Below, in pieces: positions 37,081 through 49,775 of a DNA stretch of 64,000 nucleotides. Source of the DNA: Lama glama (Eukaryota); the NCBI GenBank assembly GCA_028534125.1, contig CM052817.1, forward strand, positions 48,486,001 to 48,550,000. Direction: 5' to 3'. Every line of letters starts with the position of its first letter. Positions within the stretch are counted from its first letter, which is position 1. The position numbers and the translations under genes are program-made. The notes beneath the pieces are model-generated. The model worked only from the letters and a program-made list of their open reading frames with translations. It did no database searches and had not been told where the DNA came from.

Positions 37081-37915
37081 GTTTAAGCCACATTTATCTC
37101 ACTGTATGTAAATGGATAGTTATAACTAAAAGAGAGAGAAGATAAAGCCTTTGCCACCTGAAAATTTTTACTTAAGGTTTTTCACAGAAACTAATCTATT
37201 CAATCTAATGCTGTTGAAAAAAAATATGCAGTTTAGCATTTGTAAACTGGGGAGGAAATATATTAATCAGAAGTAAAATATGAGGTTATTTTTTATCCTT
37301 ATTTTAGGGACTTTTCTAAGAGTTTTCACATATATATTCTTATCTGACTTTCAGGGTAATTGGAGGCTAAAAGGGGAAGTGTAAACACCCTAAAGTGCCA
37401 GTGAGGGAACTGGGCCTCCCGCAAGTCAAGTGACTTACTTGCTCAGGAGCACATGACATGTAAGCAGGAACTACTGGTCTTCTGACCAGTGTTCTTTACG
37501 TTATCTGTCCCATCACCCCAGGGAGAAAACAAAACCTGTGCAGGTAGGGAGCTTGCCAATCTGGCATACAGAAATCAATGCCTGGCAGGTGTAAATCTTT
37601 GTCTAGCTCTGGCACGTAAGTGGTACCTAAAGTGTTTGTTGAACGGATATGATGCTATCTGCTAAACATTACCTCCAGGCTAGCCCAGACAAAACACACA
37701 AAAGAAAGCAAAATACTTGAGCAGCCCAGGTTCTATGCCTACAAAGTCCAACTGGGTAACTGACCCCTGAAATAAGCCAGCTGGCCATTCTTGTCAGAAC
37801 AAGGTATTATCTGAAAAGTCAAGTCCTTTATTTTCAAGGCTCCAGAGAAATTATTTTCCACTAACGCACATTACTAAATTCCATAAGGCAATCAAAGAAC
37901 TTCCAAAACACTTAC

Positions 37916-37985
37916 CTCCTCTGTCAGCTTAGTGTTGGATTTTTCTAATGCATCCACTTTTGCCTGAAGGTTGTTCACAGTAGCA
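37916..37985 (-). CDS. RUFY3: RUFY3 exon, 70 nt
   Basis: tgatag|TGCTACT...GAGGAG|gtaagt; (N)ATVNNLQAKVDALEKSNTKLTEE. Confidence 0.94.
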
Positions 37986-39248
37986 CTATCAAGAGAAGAA
38001 AAAACATAACGGTCTCCTCTGAGAAACAGAATAATATCCTGTACTTTCTTTCAAAACACCCATCATACTTATCATTCATTGTTTACTCTCCACAATTCTC
38101 GACTTTCAGGCTCTAAGACAGCTTACAAGGCAATATGTATCTTACCTGCTACATCCTTGGCATTGAAATTTGTATTTACTAAGTATTTGTTGATGAAATA
38201 AAAGAGCTGATGCACTACACTGTAAACTTCAAGATTTATATACATACATATATACATACAGTAAGAATACTAGGCTACATGAATTATGATGTGCTTGCCA
38301 GTCACCAAGCACTCTTCTGAATGATTTTACTTACATTATTTCATTTATTGCTTTCAACAACCCCACCTTCAGTATCCTCAACTACAGATAAAGAAACTGA
38401 GGCACTGAAAGAGTAAATAATAGTGTTATATTTATATTTCACTGTCAACTGTAACCATATCTTTGCTTGGCTAACATTGCCACAGTTCACTGTTCATTAT
38501 TAGTACTCAGTCTCCAGAGAAAATGTACTTAAATTGTTCTTGAGTTTTCTAGACGGAACCAAGACTATAATTTATATTGATACTAGCAGAATCATATTTT
38601 AGGTCTTACTTAAATTACAATGATTATCTTTCATAAGAGAACTATAAATAATTAATGGATATATTAATTCTTCTGACTTATTCAACAGTTTTTAGAACAT
38701 CAATGTACTTGAGAATACCAGTACATTTTGGATAGCTCTCCTCAAGAGAAAAGAGATTGTTTTATGTTCTGGTCATAAAAAATACTTGGTGAGTACTCGG
38801 TAAATTAGTGGTAGTGTTGGTGAAAAGGGGGCAAATTAATATTATCAATCTAATGTATGTGAAATGCAAGGGACCAACAAGATGTGACTAACCTAAAGGT
38901 ACCAAAACAACAAGCAGTTTACCCAAGATTAGTCCTGAAATACGTGGCTGGATCTACTGAATCAAGAAGACCTCCAATTTCAACTGTCTATGTCACAAAC
39001 TTAAGAATTCTTAATTGAGTATATTTACATAATCCCTAGAGTTCTAATTACATACTAGTTTTATTCTGCCTTTCATTAAAGGTCACCAAGACAGTTAAAT
39101 GCCACTTAACCAGGGCTTAGCTCAGTGCCTGGCAAGCAGGAATTCTATATATAGTTGAGTATTGCCTGAATTTATCCTAACTGCTCATCAGTTTACACTT
39201 CCCTTCCCCCACAACAAAACCCCCAGTAATTGTTTACTAATTCCTTAC

Positions 39249-39314
39249 TTCAGATGTCTGTTGAGTTCTTCTACGTAGTTCTTCTGATCCAGAATTGCAG
39301 TAATCTGGCCATCT
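39249..39314 (-). CDS. RUFY3: RUFY3 exon, 66 nt
   Basis: ccctag|AGATGGC...CTGAA|gtaagg; (G)DGQITAILDQKNYVEELNRHL(N). Confidence 0.94.
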
Positions 39315-40018
39315 CTAGGGAGAAAAAGGTTAAAAATAGAGCTAAAATAAATACCATTAGAAATACCAAGATGCCTCCTGCCCCTAATCTTTTCATAAAA
39401 TACAGAAATGAAATTATGTCATAGACACACCGAACCAGAAGATAGACCTGACGTCTAATTCCCTCGACATTATCAACGAGAGAGACTTGGTTTAAAACTG
39501 AAGCCCCTGCCCCTACATGTTAATAGAGCCCTTGTTATAGCTTATACCTCTTAATGACTTAGGTTATAGGTATCATGTGCAATCTATTCGAGGCTTTTAA
39601 AGAATAAAAATCTTCTTCTTGCAACTGATGGAGTTTTTTAGCTTTGCTAGTATGATTTACAGTAGCAATGTTCCACATGTCATAGGAACTGAAGTACGCT
39701 TACTCAGGTGTACTAACTGTTCTCAAAGACTATAAATTTGTCTTTAAATGCTATTTGAATTTCAAGGTGAATGGTATAAAAGATTTTCATAAAGATCAAG
39801 TGTTTATTATTACATAAGAAAGTTAAATGTGGAAAAAGGAGGTTTACTTCTGGAGCCAACTAGAGTAGGCAAAAGTTAAACAGACAGACTTTTCCACTTA
39901 AAGACAAAATTCAAGGCCACATACCTCTCTAACACTACTTAAAGAAAAAGCCATATAATAATCTTAGCTCAACACCCAAGGTTCAAAACTTCAGACTATG
40001 GTTTCCACTGCTGAGTTT

Positions 40019-40327
40019 GTTTTTTATTTTATTATATATATGTATTTTTATTGAAGTATAGTTAGTTTACAATGTTGTGTCAATTTCCAGTGTACAGCAT
40101 AATGCTTCAGTCATACATGAACATACATATATTTGCTTTCATATTCTTTTTCAACATAAGTTTCTACAAGATATTAAATATAGTTCCCTGTGCTATACAG
40201 TATGAAATTGTTGTTTATCTATTTTATATATATTAGTTAGTATCTGCAAATTTCAAACTCCCAATTTGTCCCTTCCCACCCTCTTCCCCACCCCGGGTAA
40301 CCATAAGTTTGTTTTCTAAGTGGGTCA
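40019..40327 (-). mobile_element. 5'-truncated LINE-1 3' end with a degenerate TSD
   Basis: ttgaagtatagttagtttacaatgttgtg...ggtaaccataagtttgttttct; flanks ACTGCTGAGTTT (40007-40018) / ACTGCTAAATTT (40328-40339). Confidence 0.75.
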
Positions 40328-40837
40328 ACTGCTAAATTTATAAAAGTTATAAGGTGAGCTTCTGATCTCCAATTTCCAAGTACCATATGGATATTTTAAA
40401 AACTTCAAATTTTGAAATAATTTTACATTTACAGAAGTTGTAAAAGTAGTGCTGAGTTCCTAGATACTCTTCATTCAGCTCCCTGTAATGTTAACATTTC
40501 CTACAACCCAGTGATGCACATAATAATAGTGCAAATTTTAAGCAAACTGAAAATACAATCCTCTGGTCAAGAAGACCATGTTTTCAAATGAGATGGAGCA
40601 CTGGGTTCCTTTTATAAAAATTTTTATAAACCTGAACCGCATAGCAAGAAAACCCACTTAACTAAATCCCCTTTTAAGGTTTAGCAGGCACAATAGTCAG
40701 ATACTTTTGACAAGATTCTATTAAAGCTAAATCATCAGAAATCCTTTCCGTACATCTGTGAAAGAAGTATTGTTGTGAACTTTAAATAGTATTAAGAACA
40801 CTAAAGAAAAAGGAACACTAATTTTCTTTGTACATAC

Positions 40838-40899
40838 CCTTCACTACCTTTACTGCTGTTCCCATCCTTGAGATACATTGAAAAATCTATAACTCCAAC
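40838..40899 (-). CDS. RUFY3: RUFY3 exon, 62 nt
   Basis: ctgtag|GTTGGA...GAAGG|gtatgt; VGVIDFSMYLKDGNSSKGSE(G). Confidence 0.94.
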
Positions 40900-41122
40900 C
40901 TACAGAAAGAATTTTCAGAATTTAATATAAAATTAGATACTTTTCCCAAGCCATAACACAATGGCTCCTTCTAGGCACTCAAAATAGTAGCACAGTCATG
41001 ACAATTACTAGAAATTTTTAATGCAAATTTAATGTTTTATTATAATCAAGAATTGACAAGTATTATAAGTAAAGAATCAAGATTAAGTCAGTAGGATCAT
41101 GACATGACTAAAAAGTCAACAG

Positions 41123-41125
41123 GAA

Positions 41126-41156
<31 letters not shown>

Positions 41157-41187
41157 GAAGGAAGGAAGGAAGGAAGAAAGAAAGAAA
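41123..41187 (+). repeat. (GAAA)n(GGAA)n(GAAA)n compound microsatellite
   Basis: Directly visible in the sequence. Confidence 0.9.
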
Positions 41188-41280
41188 GGGTATAGCTCAG
41201 TGGTAGTGTATGCCTAGCATGCAGGAGGTCCTAGGTTCAATCCCCAGTACCTCCATTAAAAAAATTAAAAATTAAAAAAA
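41188..41280 (+). mobile_element. tRNA-derived SINE (Vic-1-like)
   Basis: GGGTATAGCTCAGTGGTAG...GGTTCAATCCCCAGTACCTCCA plus A tail; TSD AAAAAGTCAACAG / AAAAAGTCACCAG. Confidence 0.8.
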
Positions 41281-41651
41281 AAAAGTCACCAGAATACTTA
41301 ATATAAATTTAAGGTTTAATGTTTCTTTCTCTTTTGCTTATTTCAAATATTCTGCTACTAAACCCCTGTATATATATTTTAGTATATATATATATATTTT
41401 TTTTCAGCCTGTGCAAATTATTTTTAAAGGGGATCACAGTCAAGAAAAGAATTTGAAAAACATTCATTATGCATAAATGAGCCAAGCTGGAAGGAAAAAC
41501 AAACTTTTTATATTCACATCAACATTAAAGGAAATCCTACTTATGACTTATAGAACTTCCCCTTATTTGGTTGGTATAATCCCATCAATCCAAATTCTAA
41601 GGTAACAGAACTGAGAGTGACACACCAGGTAGCTGAGTATCCTTCTCATAC

Positions 41652-41775
41652 CTGAGAGTCCAGATCTTCTCCTTTCATACAGAAATTGGCATCAATGACA
41701 TTCAGACCCACCAAAAGACCAGCAATTATGGCTCCTTCCTCTTCCATCATGAGGGCATTGGGTTCATAGAATTCA
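41652..41775 (-). CDS. RUFY3: RUFY3 exon, 124 nt (RUN domain C-terminus)
   Basis: ttacag|TGAATTC...TCTCAG|gtatga; (S)[41 protein letters not shown]. Confidence 0.95.
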
Positions 41776-43689
41776 CTGTAAGAGAAATCCATAGAATGCT
41801 CTACTGCAATAAAACCTCAAGAATCAATGATGTAATCACAAGACACGAAGAAAAGTGAAGTCCTCATGGTTAAATATGGTCATCTATGATAATAGCAAAA
41901 AAAGTAAAAACAAGGATGGCTTGGATATTTTATTTTAGATAATAGGTGCATGAACAGACTCTGGATAATAGAGGTGCAGCTAGAAGAAAAGTGATCAGAA
42001 TGGTATTTTCACCGAAATGAAAAATCATGCTTTCTCTACATATCTGCATTTGTGATGTACATGGGATAATTATTCAATCTTTAATGCATCTTAAAAATTA
42101 TTTGCTTTTAAAAATTTGCTTTTTTTCTGATCTGCTTAATTTTTAATTCTAGTTAAGTACCACATTCCTTTCACACAGTGAATAAACATTTAAAAAAATG
42201 TGAACTGTTGAATAACTTATATTCATTCCCTTTTGACTAATTAGCAAAAAAAGTTGCCTATCAGCACCCATAATAGGTTGCAGATGATTTAAAATGTTTA
42301 AGGGGTCTTTTATTGTTTAATAAAGTCAGTTCTCACTACAGAAAATAGAAAAAGAAGCAAGCAAAAAGAAGCACACAAGAAATCCTATAATTCTAGCCAC
42401 CAATGACTTGTTAAGACCGTGATATATCACCTTTCAGATCATCATGGAGACATACTTATATTTTTGAGAGATATTAAAGAAGCATTATACCATTAGATTA
42501 TCTCGAATTTCTTTTTTTGGCTTAATGATAGTGTGAGTAGATTTCTATTGCAATAGATGACTTTCTGCAGCTTCATTTACACTGGCCTTTATAATATTCC
42601 ACTGTATGGCTGTAGTATAAATGGTAATAGCCAAAACTTCCTTTTTCTTAGCCAGCCTCTCTCTGATGAATAGGTAGCTGTTTTGGCTTTTTACCATGAC
42701 ACATTCCACAGGCTGAAAATGACTTAGAAATAAAAAAGCAGAAGAGAAACAACGCATTTGCCTTTCTTTTTTGATTCTCTATAAAAAATATTAACAAATG
42801 GTAAACAGTTCAAAAACAGCACAAAATGATCTGCAAATTGCCCTCTCTTTCAATAATAGCCCATGTGCTATTTTGTTCTTTGACAACCTGTGAAGAAAGC
42901 TGAGTAGAACTGGAATGAACACGTTGCTTAATAGTTTATTTTCCCTAAAGACATACAGTAAACACTTCTTGTGTCTGGCTTCCTTCATGCGTTCTTTTAT
43001 TTGTGAGATTCACATGTATTGCTGAATGCAATGGCAGTTCATTCATTTCACTGCTGGACAGTGTTCGTGGTATGAATTTGCAGCAGTGGATTCACTCCAC
43101 TTGCTGTCTCTGTTGTGCAGGCTCCAGTGCTTTTCTGAACACGACTGCACACGGTTTTTGGGGCATAAACACCTCCACTTCTCTCAGACACGCCTATGGT
43201 GTGAAACTGCTGTGTCAAAGTGAGTGAAAATATGTATACAAAGTGTTCTTCTGTCTAGTTCACAAGGCTGAACCCATCTAATCGGGTGCTCTGCTGGATC
43301 GAGAGCTAATTCTTCAGACCCCAATTTGAACCACACAATTTTGACTGAAGACACTCCCCTGCAGCCACCTACTGCTTAAACATTAGACCCTACACCACTT
43401 CAAGGCTTGACTCTTGGAAAGTGGAGCCCTCCCTTTGTGGAAATAAACAAGTTCCCCTGAATGGTTCTTATTTCTTTTTATCCTGATTTGTTTAATTTTC
43501 TTCGGCAAGAAAACAACAATCAATGCATATGCAGCTGCAGCAACATTAAAACAATGCTCAGTATTAGGATCTGGAGCACAACTTCTTGTGAAAACTAGGC
43601 TCTTGGAAAATCCAACCATGTCTTTTAATTCTCTGTTACTTGTTCTTACACTATTTCTCAGAGGCAATCTGCTATATTTGAATTTCTCT

Positions 43690-44850
43690 GAGTAAATATT
43701 AATGACCTATAAAGTACATATAAAAAACTACCCACATCATACAATGTAGCTGGATGTGTTTTCATGAAGAGAACACATCTGTGCAACCAGCACCATATGA
43801 AAAAACAGTTTATTATCAGAACTTCAAAAGCCATCTTATGCTGCTTCTACCCCCAATTACTATCCCCACCCCACCAATGGTAGCCCTTTCCTGACTTCTA
43901 TCATGAAAGATAAGTTGTATATACTTCCAAAGTTTATATAAACCGAGTAACGTGCAATGTATTTTTCATGTATGGTTTCGCTGCCCAACATTACACTAGT
44001 GAGATAAATTCATATTGCTGTGTGTAGTTGCTATATGGTATTTCATTGTATGAGAAATAACCATTGTATGGTATTTCATTGTATGGTATAATTTACTTAT
44101 GCATTCTACTGTGAATGGACACTTGGGGTCCATTACAAACATTGTAATAGCTATGAACATTCTCACTCATGTCTTCTGTTGAACATAACCATTTTTGTTG
44201 GCTATACTAACTAGAAATGGAATCACTGATCACAAGGTATGCTTATGATCAGCTTTAATAAAGGATGCCAAACGATTTTCGTAAGTTTCTGAACCAATTA
44301 GCTCATCGGCAGGACACTAATGTTGCTTCACATGCTCATCAACACTTGGCATTATCTGTCTTTTTCATTTTAGCCATTCTGGTGGTTGTGTGAGGTTATC
44401 ACATTGCTGTTTTAATTTGAATTTACAAGATAATTAGTGAAATTAGGTATCTTTTAATATGTTTACCGGCCATTGCAATTTCTTCTTTTGTGAAATGCCT
44501 GTTGAAGTCCTTTATTCATTTTTATATTTGCTCATCTGCCTTTTTCTTTTTGGATTGAAGGAGTTCTCTATATACCTGGAATATGCATCCTTTGTTGAAT
44601 ATATACATTATGTATTACAAGTATCTCCTTTAGAGCTATGGGTTGCCTCTCATTCTTAATCTTGTCTTTTGATGAACAGAAGTTCTTCATTTTAATGTAG
44701 ACCAATTTATCCATCCATTTTTTCCTTTACAGGTAGAACTTTTTGTGTCCTGTTTAAGAAATTTTTGTCTAACTTAGGTTTCTTCTAAACATTTTTATTG
44801 TTTTCTTTTTCCCATTCATACCTATGACTCAGCTGGAAATTTTTTTGTGT
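43690..44850 (-). mobile_element. Old LINE-1 (L1M) 3' portion; boundaries approximate
   Basis: tttttcattttagccattctggtgg, ttttgtgaaatgcctgttgaagtc, gtcttttgatgaacagaagttcttcattttaatgtag; ORF 44459..44659 is L1 antisense. Confidence 0.7.
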
Positions 44851-45193
44851 GCTGAATTTAAATTTAACATTACCTGTCCACTTCCTGTCTTAGTGAGCCT
44901 GGGTAAATGCTAAGGTGTCAAAAGCCTCTCCTGCTTTCTGGAGGTGTTAAATTTTGACTTGCCCTGCAAAGGACCATATATATGCCACAGAGACAGTGTG
45001 AACCCACGTAATATAAAAATATCTGTTCTTGAGTATGTGTGTATGTGATGTGGGAGGAAGTATTAGTTGAACTATGTGAAACTGTCATGAATCAACTGTT
45101 TCTGATCTACAAAAATGATAAATTTACATGATTCAACCTCATACCATATAGAACATGGTAAGAAAAGAACAAAGTTCAAGAAGATTTTCATAC

Positions 45194-45295
45194 CTGAGAA
45201 GTTCCTTCTTATTGATCAAAGCTTTCATATATTCTGAAAGTTTCTTCTGCATTAATGCCAAACGAAGCCAGGCTCTTCCTCTGCCTACCGGTGTC
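45194..45295 (-). CDS. RUFY3: RUFY3 exon, 102 nt (RUN domain)
   Basis: ttgtag|GACACCG...CTCAG|gtatga; (K)[33 protein letters not shown](S), with the RUN motif GRGRAWLR. Confidence 0.96.
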
Positions 45296-46137
45296 CTACA
45301 AAAAACACAGAAACCAAACAATGAAAAGTTGCAGAGATTGGGGCCACAGTGGGGACAGATTCACTTACTCTTGCTAGTGGTCACCCAGTATACCCTGTTC
45401 CTCATAGCCTCTCCCACCACATCTCTATGTGAGGAATTCTGTGCATGCTAGTGGGAGCCAGGGGTGTGTTTGGGACAAATGCTCTTGTGAGGAATTAGTT
45501 ACTGAATGAGACTACAATTTGAAGACAAGACCTCTGGGAGGCCAAATTGAAAATGTTCCAGCAGACTACTTTTGGAAAATCATCATAAATGAAATGTGGG
45601 TCGTGTAAGTACCCAAACATTAATAATGAGATCACAGGCCACATAGACCTCTACCTGATTAAAATTAGACCAGTCTAATTTGGGAAGGCGATTTCTACTC
45701 TTTTTCAAGTTCCAAGCTGGGTTCCGGGTGTCAGTTCCTGAGATTCACTTGACAACTGTTTTAATCTTGGCTCTCCAACTCCATTGAACACATTCTTTGT
45801 CTTAAGTCAAGTCCAACATGCTACCTCCCTAGATCTAATTTCTTGAGACTCACCAGCTTATATCCACAGGTGCTTAGAAAAAATACGAAAATGGTTGGTA
45901 TCTTAACATGAAGACAACCTCTGTTAGATCAATCATAACTATCCTTTGCAGGCACACTTCTCAGTATTCTACGTTACCAGTTCTCTCATAACACCACCTG
46001 TTCTAGTCATAACAACATGTTGCATTTCAGATTGTTATGAAATAAATGATTATGGTCATCATTGTCTTTAGTCTCACTCCTGAAGGAGATCGTTAAGAAT
46101 ATTTTCCCTGACAAACAGAATTCAACCTTAAACTTAC

Positions 46138-46255
46138 TTAAGTCCTGGAAGATCTTTAACACTTGCTGTTATCTCTGCAGCTTCTGGAACAAGCTTTTCT
46201 ACCAGTTCTAGAGGCCCCCAGAAGGATTTATTTTGTCCAAGAAAAGTTTTCTTAG
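46138..46255 (-). CDS. RUFY3: RUFY3 exon, 118 nt (RUN domain)
   Basis: ccttag|CTAAGAAA...CTTAA|gtaagt; (A)KKTFLGQNKSFWGPLELVEKLVPEAAEITASVKDLPGL(K). Confidence 0.95.
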
Positions 46256-47035
46256 CTAAGGTGATAAAAACAAAGCAATATTTTAATATTTTTTACAACA
46301 TAAACATACCCTAAACACACACACACTCTATTCAGTGTGCTTTTCAGGGAACCAATCCTAGATTATCAGATAGTTCTAAAATTATTCATGCTTTCAGAAT
46401 AGGTAACATTTTGTAAAAATAAAAAATCTCCTACTTCTTGAGACTCAGTCCTTCCTCTTTCAGGAAAAATTTATTAACTAGCCATATGATAACAATAAAA
46501 TATTTTAACAATATCATGTTTAAAACTGTGTGGTATTAGTGAAGAAAACAGCCCAGTGGAAAAGAATACGTAATCCAGAAATAGGTAATCAAAGACTGGG
46601 GAGAGAGGAGGAAAAGAAGCAAAGGTGAACAAGACCGAGTCCTAACCTTGAAGCTTCTGGTCAAGTGGGAAGAGCATAGAAGCAAGAGTCAGGAGATCTG
46701 AGTTCCAGCACTTGCTCTGCCCCCATTCACTGTGTGACCCAGGGCAAGTCATGTCCCATTCTACGTCTATTTCCACCTGTGAAACACAACTGCCATGTTG
46801 GACTAGATACTTGTAACAGTGCTTCCAACCGTAGCTTTTAAGGATTTGTATTTTAAGACCTATACATCCTTCAAGTTAATTACATTCCTGCACCCATACA
46901 GGTTGCACTACAATGGATCAATGTCATTAATTCAAGCCTTTTATTCTTTGGCTCCACCAGGAATGCTTCTCTTCTTAAGCACGTATTGCTAGGAAACAGG
47001 TGCACGCACATTTGCATTTTGAGGCCGGGGCCTAC

Positions 47036-47209
47036 CTTTCAAGCCATGTTTCAGGCAGTGCTCCATCACAACAAAGAACTGCTGGAGAGGTGCGTAGTCA
47101 GAGTCCAGGGTTCTCCCCAGGTTCAGAGCAGATTCAATCAAGCCTTTGATACTCAGCTTGGCCATGTTCATCAGGTTCATGCGTTCGTTAGCCATGAGAT
47201 AATTAGGAT
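47036..47209 (-). CDS. RUFY3: RUFY3 exon, 174 nt (start of RUN domain)
   Basis: ctgcag|ATCCTAAT...TTGAAAG|gtaggc; [57 protein letters not shown]. Confidence 0.96.
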
Positions 47210-49564
47210 CTGCAGCCAAAAGGGGAAGGATGGAGCCTGGTTACTAGAAATAGCACATTCAAAAACTCAGGATAATTTGACTGGGTTGACATTCGCATTG
47301 ATGGCGCTAAAACAAAGGTGGGTAAGACTGCGGGTGTCTTGGCAACAATCAAGGCAGTGGCACCAAATTATACTATTAGTTGATGTATTCTCCTCTGCCA
47401 TGTGCTTGCTGTTTAAAAAAAAAAAAGATGCCAGTTGCCCTTAAGAATATTCTTCGTGAAACAGTAAAAAATCTATTTATTTTTATCAAATACTGAGCCC
47501 AGAGTAGGCTTTTAATACTGTCAGCACCGCCTCTGCCACCACCATAACTTGGGCCCATCAAGCTCACTAGCACACAGACTTCATGCCGGCCTGCTTCCTT
47601 ACTGGCCCTGCCTGGTTCATTCTCTGCAGCCTGTGAAGTGCTCTAAAAAAATAAAGCCGATGTAGAAAAAAAGGATAAAGTGCTTAAACTCTGTTCCAAA
47701 TATACTATTTGCATTTTTAGTATTTATACTAGTAAGCATTGTAATTTAAACTTAGCATTATTAAATGAACTAAAAATAATTAACATTATCAGGAATGCAA
47801 ATATTAGAACTTAATCAAATCCCCAATTTTTAAAGGCTTAACAGAGTGTATGGCTCTCATCAACCAAATAAACTCCTTGAGGAAAGGGTGTAAGTACCAT
47901 ATTTAATCTGACAAAACTCAGATAGCTTCTTTATTGCACTTGCTACCTTCTTCATTGGTGTTAACCCTGGGCCTGGTACTGCGGGCTGCTTCTTACAGTT
48001 ATGATCTCAGTCCCTCCTCACTGCATGCTATGAGACAGTTAGACCAACATCACTGACTTAAAAAGAAGGAAAATGAGGCTTAGAGAATTAAGTAGCTGAC
48101 CTCAGGCACAGCCAGAAATACCCAACAGAGCCAGAGTCTACACTCTGTTTCTCTGACTTCAAACCCTGTGCTCCTGACCACTATTATCCACCTACAAATA
48201 CATCAGACTCCAAATATTTATCCTTCCCTCCTGCTGACCGTTCTTTTACACGATTATCACGTTTAATTTTTGCGACTCTATCATTTAAGTGCTGTCTCTT
48301 TTTTCAGGGGGTAAAGCAGGCCTGTAATGGTTTAGAGATCCAGGGCCAAACAGCTCCCAAGTAGCAGAATGTGGACTTGGATATAACATGAAAGTCAATG
48401 CTCTTTCCACTATGATACGGGCATCCTCCCAAAGCCAACTATGTTACATTTCTATTTTGGCCTGGAGATCTATGAAGTATTTTACCTTTTGAGGAGGATT
48501 AAAAGTAATACTAATAAAAGCTCTGCTCCTATAATAGAAACAAGCTACAACACAAAACAGAGATTGTCTTACTTAAATTGTCCCAAGTAATTCTGTTCAC
48601 ATAGTGTTTTCATTTATATCTGCTTTCACAATTAAATGAGCAGAATCAAATCTAAGCTCACCCTCTTCTCCATTAAGTTTAAGGACCTGGAGGTTTCCAG
48701 TGCCAACAGTACAAATCTAGGTTTGCTGTAGTGTTCTCTGAGGTAGTATTTTCAGCGGGTACTTTAGTAGGAAAGTCAGAATTGGTATACCTTCCCACTA
48801 ATTCTTTCCCGCACACTAACAAAAAAAGTTAGGGCCGTGCCTCAAATCTGGCTCTCTGTTCACTGTAGGTCAACTTGTCAAGAATAGAATAAGCTCACAG
48901 GAGACACCAAAATACATCAAAAACAACCTCCCAACAGCTGTGAAGAACAACTTTATCAAATATTAATTTCCAGCATCAGTACCAGCAGTTATGTGCACTG
49001 TAGACTTTCTGACCTTCTATGCTCACTAGGAGAACGGAAGAGGGCTGGGGTGTGTGGCTACGCATGAACGTTTGCAGAGAACTCCTGGATCCCCATTTAA
49101 CTCCCCCTGACAGATGGCAAGAAATGTGGTTGGGCTGAGGTAACTGGCAGTCCATAAGGTACCACTCCTTTTGCCTCAAGTCTGCAGATCATTAATTCAG
49201 GGAGCTAATAGCAAAAGTAATGTTGCTGGTCAAAGTACATAACCTAATTCCAACCTAGTGAGAACCAGTCACGTGGGAAGAGCTGGATTTGGAGTATGTA
49301 CAAAATAGCAGACTGTGAGGCATTTTTCCAGAAGTGGTGATACCAGCTCTTCTATGTTGCCTCATCTTGCTCTTCTTGAAATCAGTAGCTGAAACGTTCA
49401 AGACATCTGGTTAGAGTCTGGGATACACAGACTACAGAAAGATGGCCTAGTGGCCAGGAAAATTAAATTCCTAACACCTTGGACTGCACGGTGTCAGGAA
49501 TTTGGTGCTATAACCTTTTTGAACTAACCTGCACCAAACACAAACAACCCACCCATTCTTTAGA

Positions 49565-49775
49565 AAGTATTACTCTTAACCTTGGCACCACTGACATTTT
49601 AGGCCAGCTAATTCCTTTTTTTGAGGGGCTGTTCTGTGAATTAAATCTAGCAGCAACCCAGGCATCTACCCACTAGATGTCAGTAGCACCGTCCAGTCTG
49701 ACAACCCCAAGTATCTCCAGCTGGTGCCAGAGTCTCCTGAAAGACAACAGCTCCTACATGTGGAGACTGCTACTC
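49565..49775. mobile_element. MER20-like hAT DNA transposon relic
   Basis: ctcttaaccttggcaccactgacattttaggccagctaattc...ggcatctacccactagatgtcagtagcacc...gacaacc. Confidence 0.7.

Noticed and set aside
40611..40630. Perfect 20-bp palindrome TTTATAAAAATTTTTATAAA
   Set aside because: Pure A/T low complexity with no associated element.
46986..47444. 152-aa plus-strand ORF
   Set aside because: Antisense shadow of the RUFY3 RUN exon; non-ATG start and no recognisable protein.
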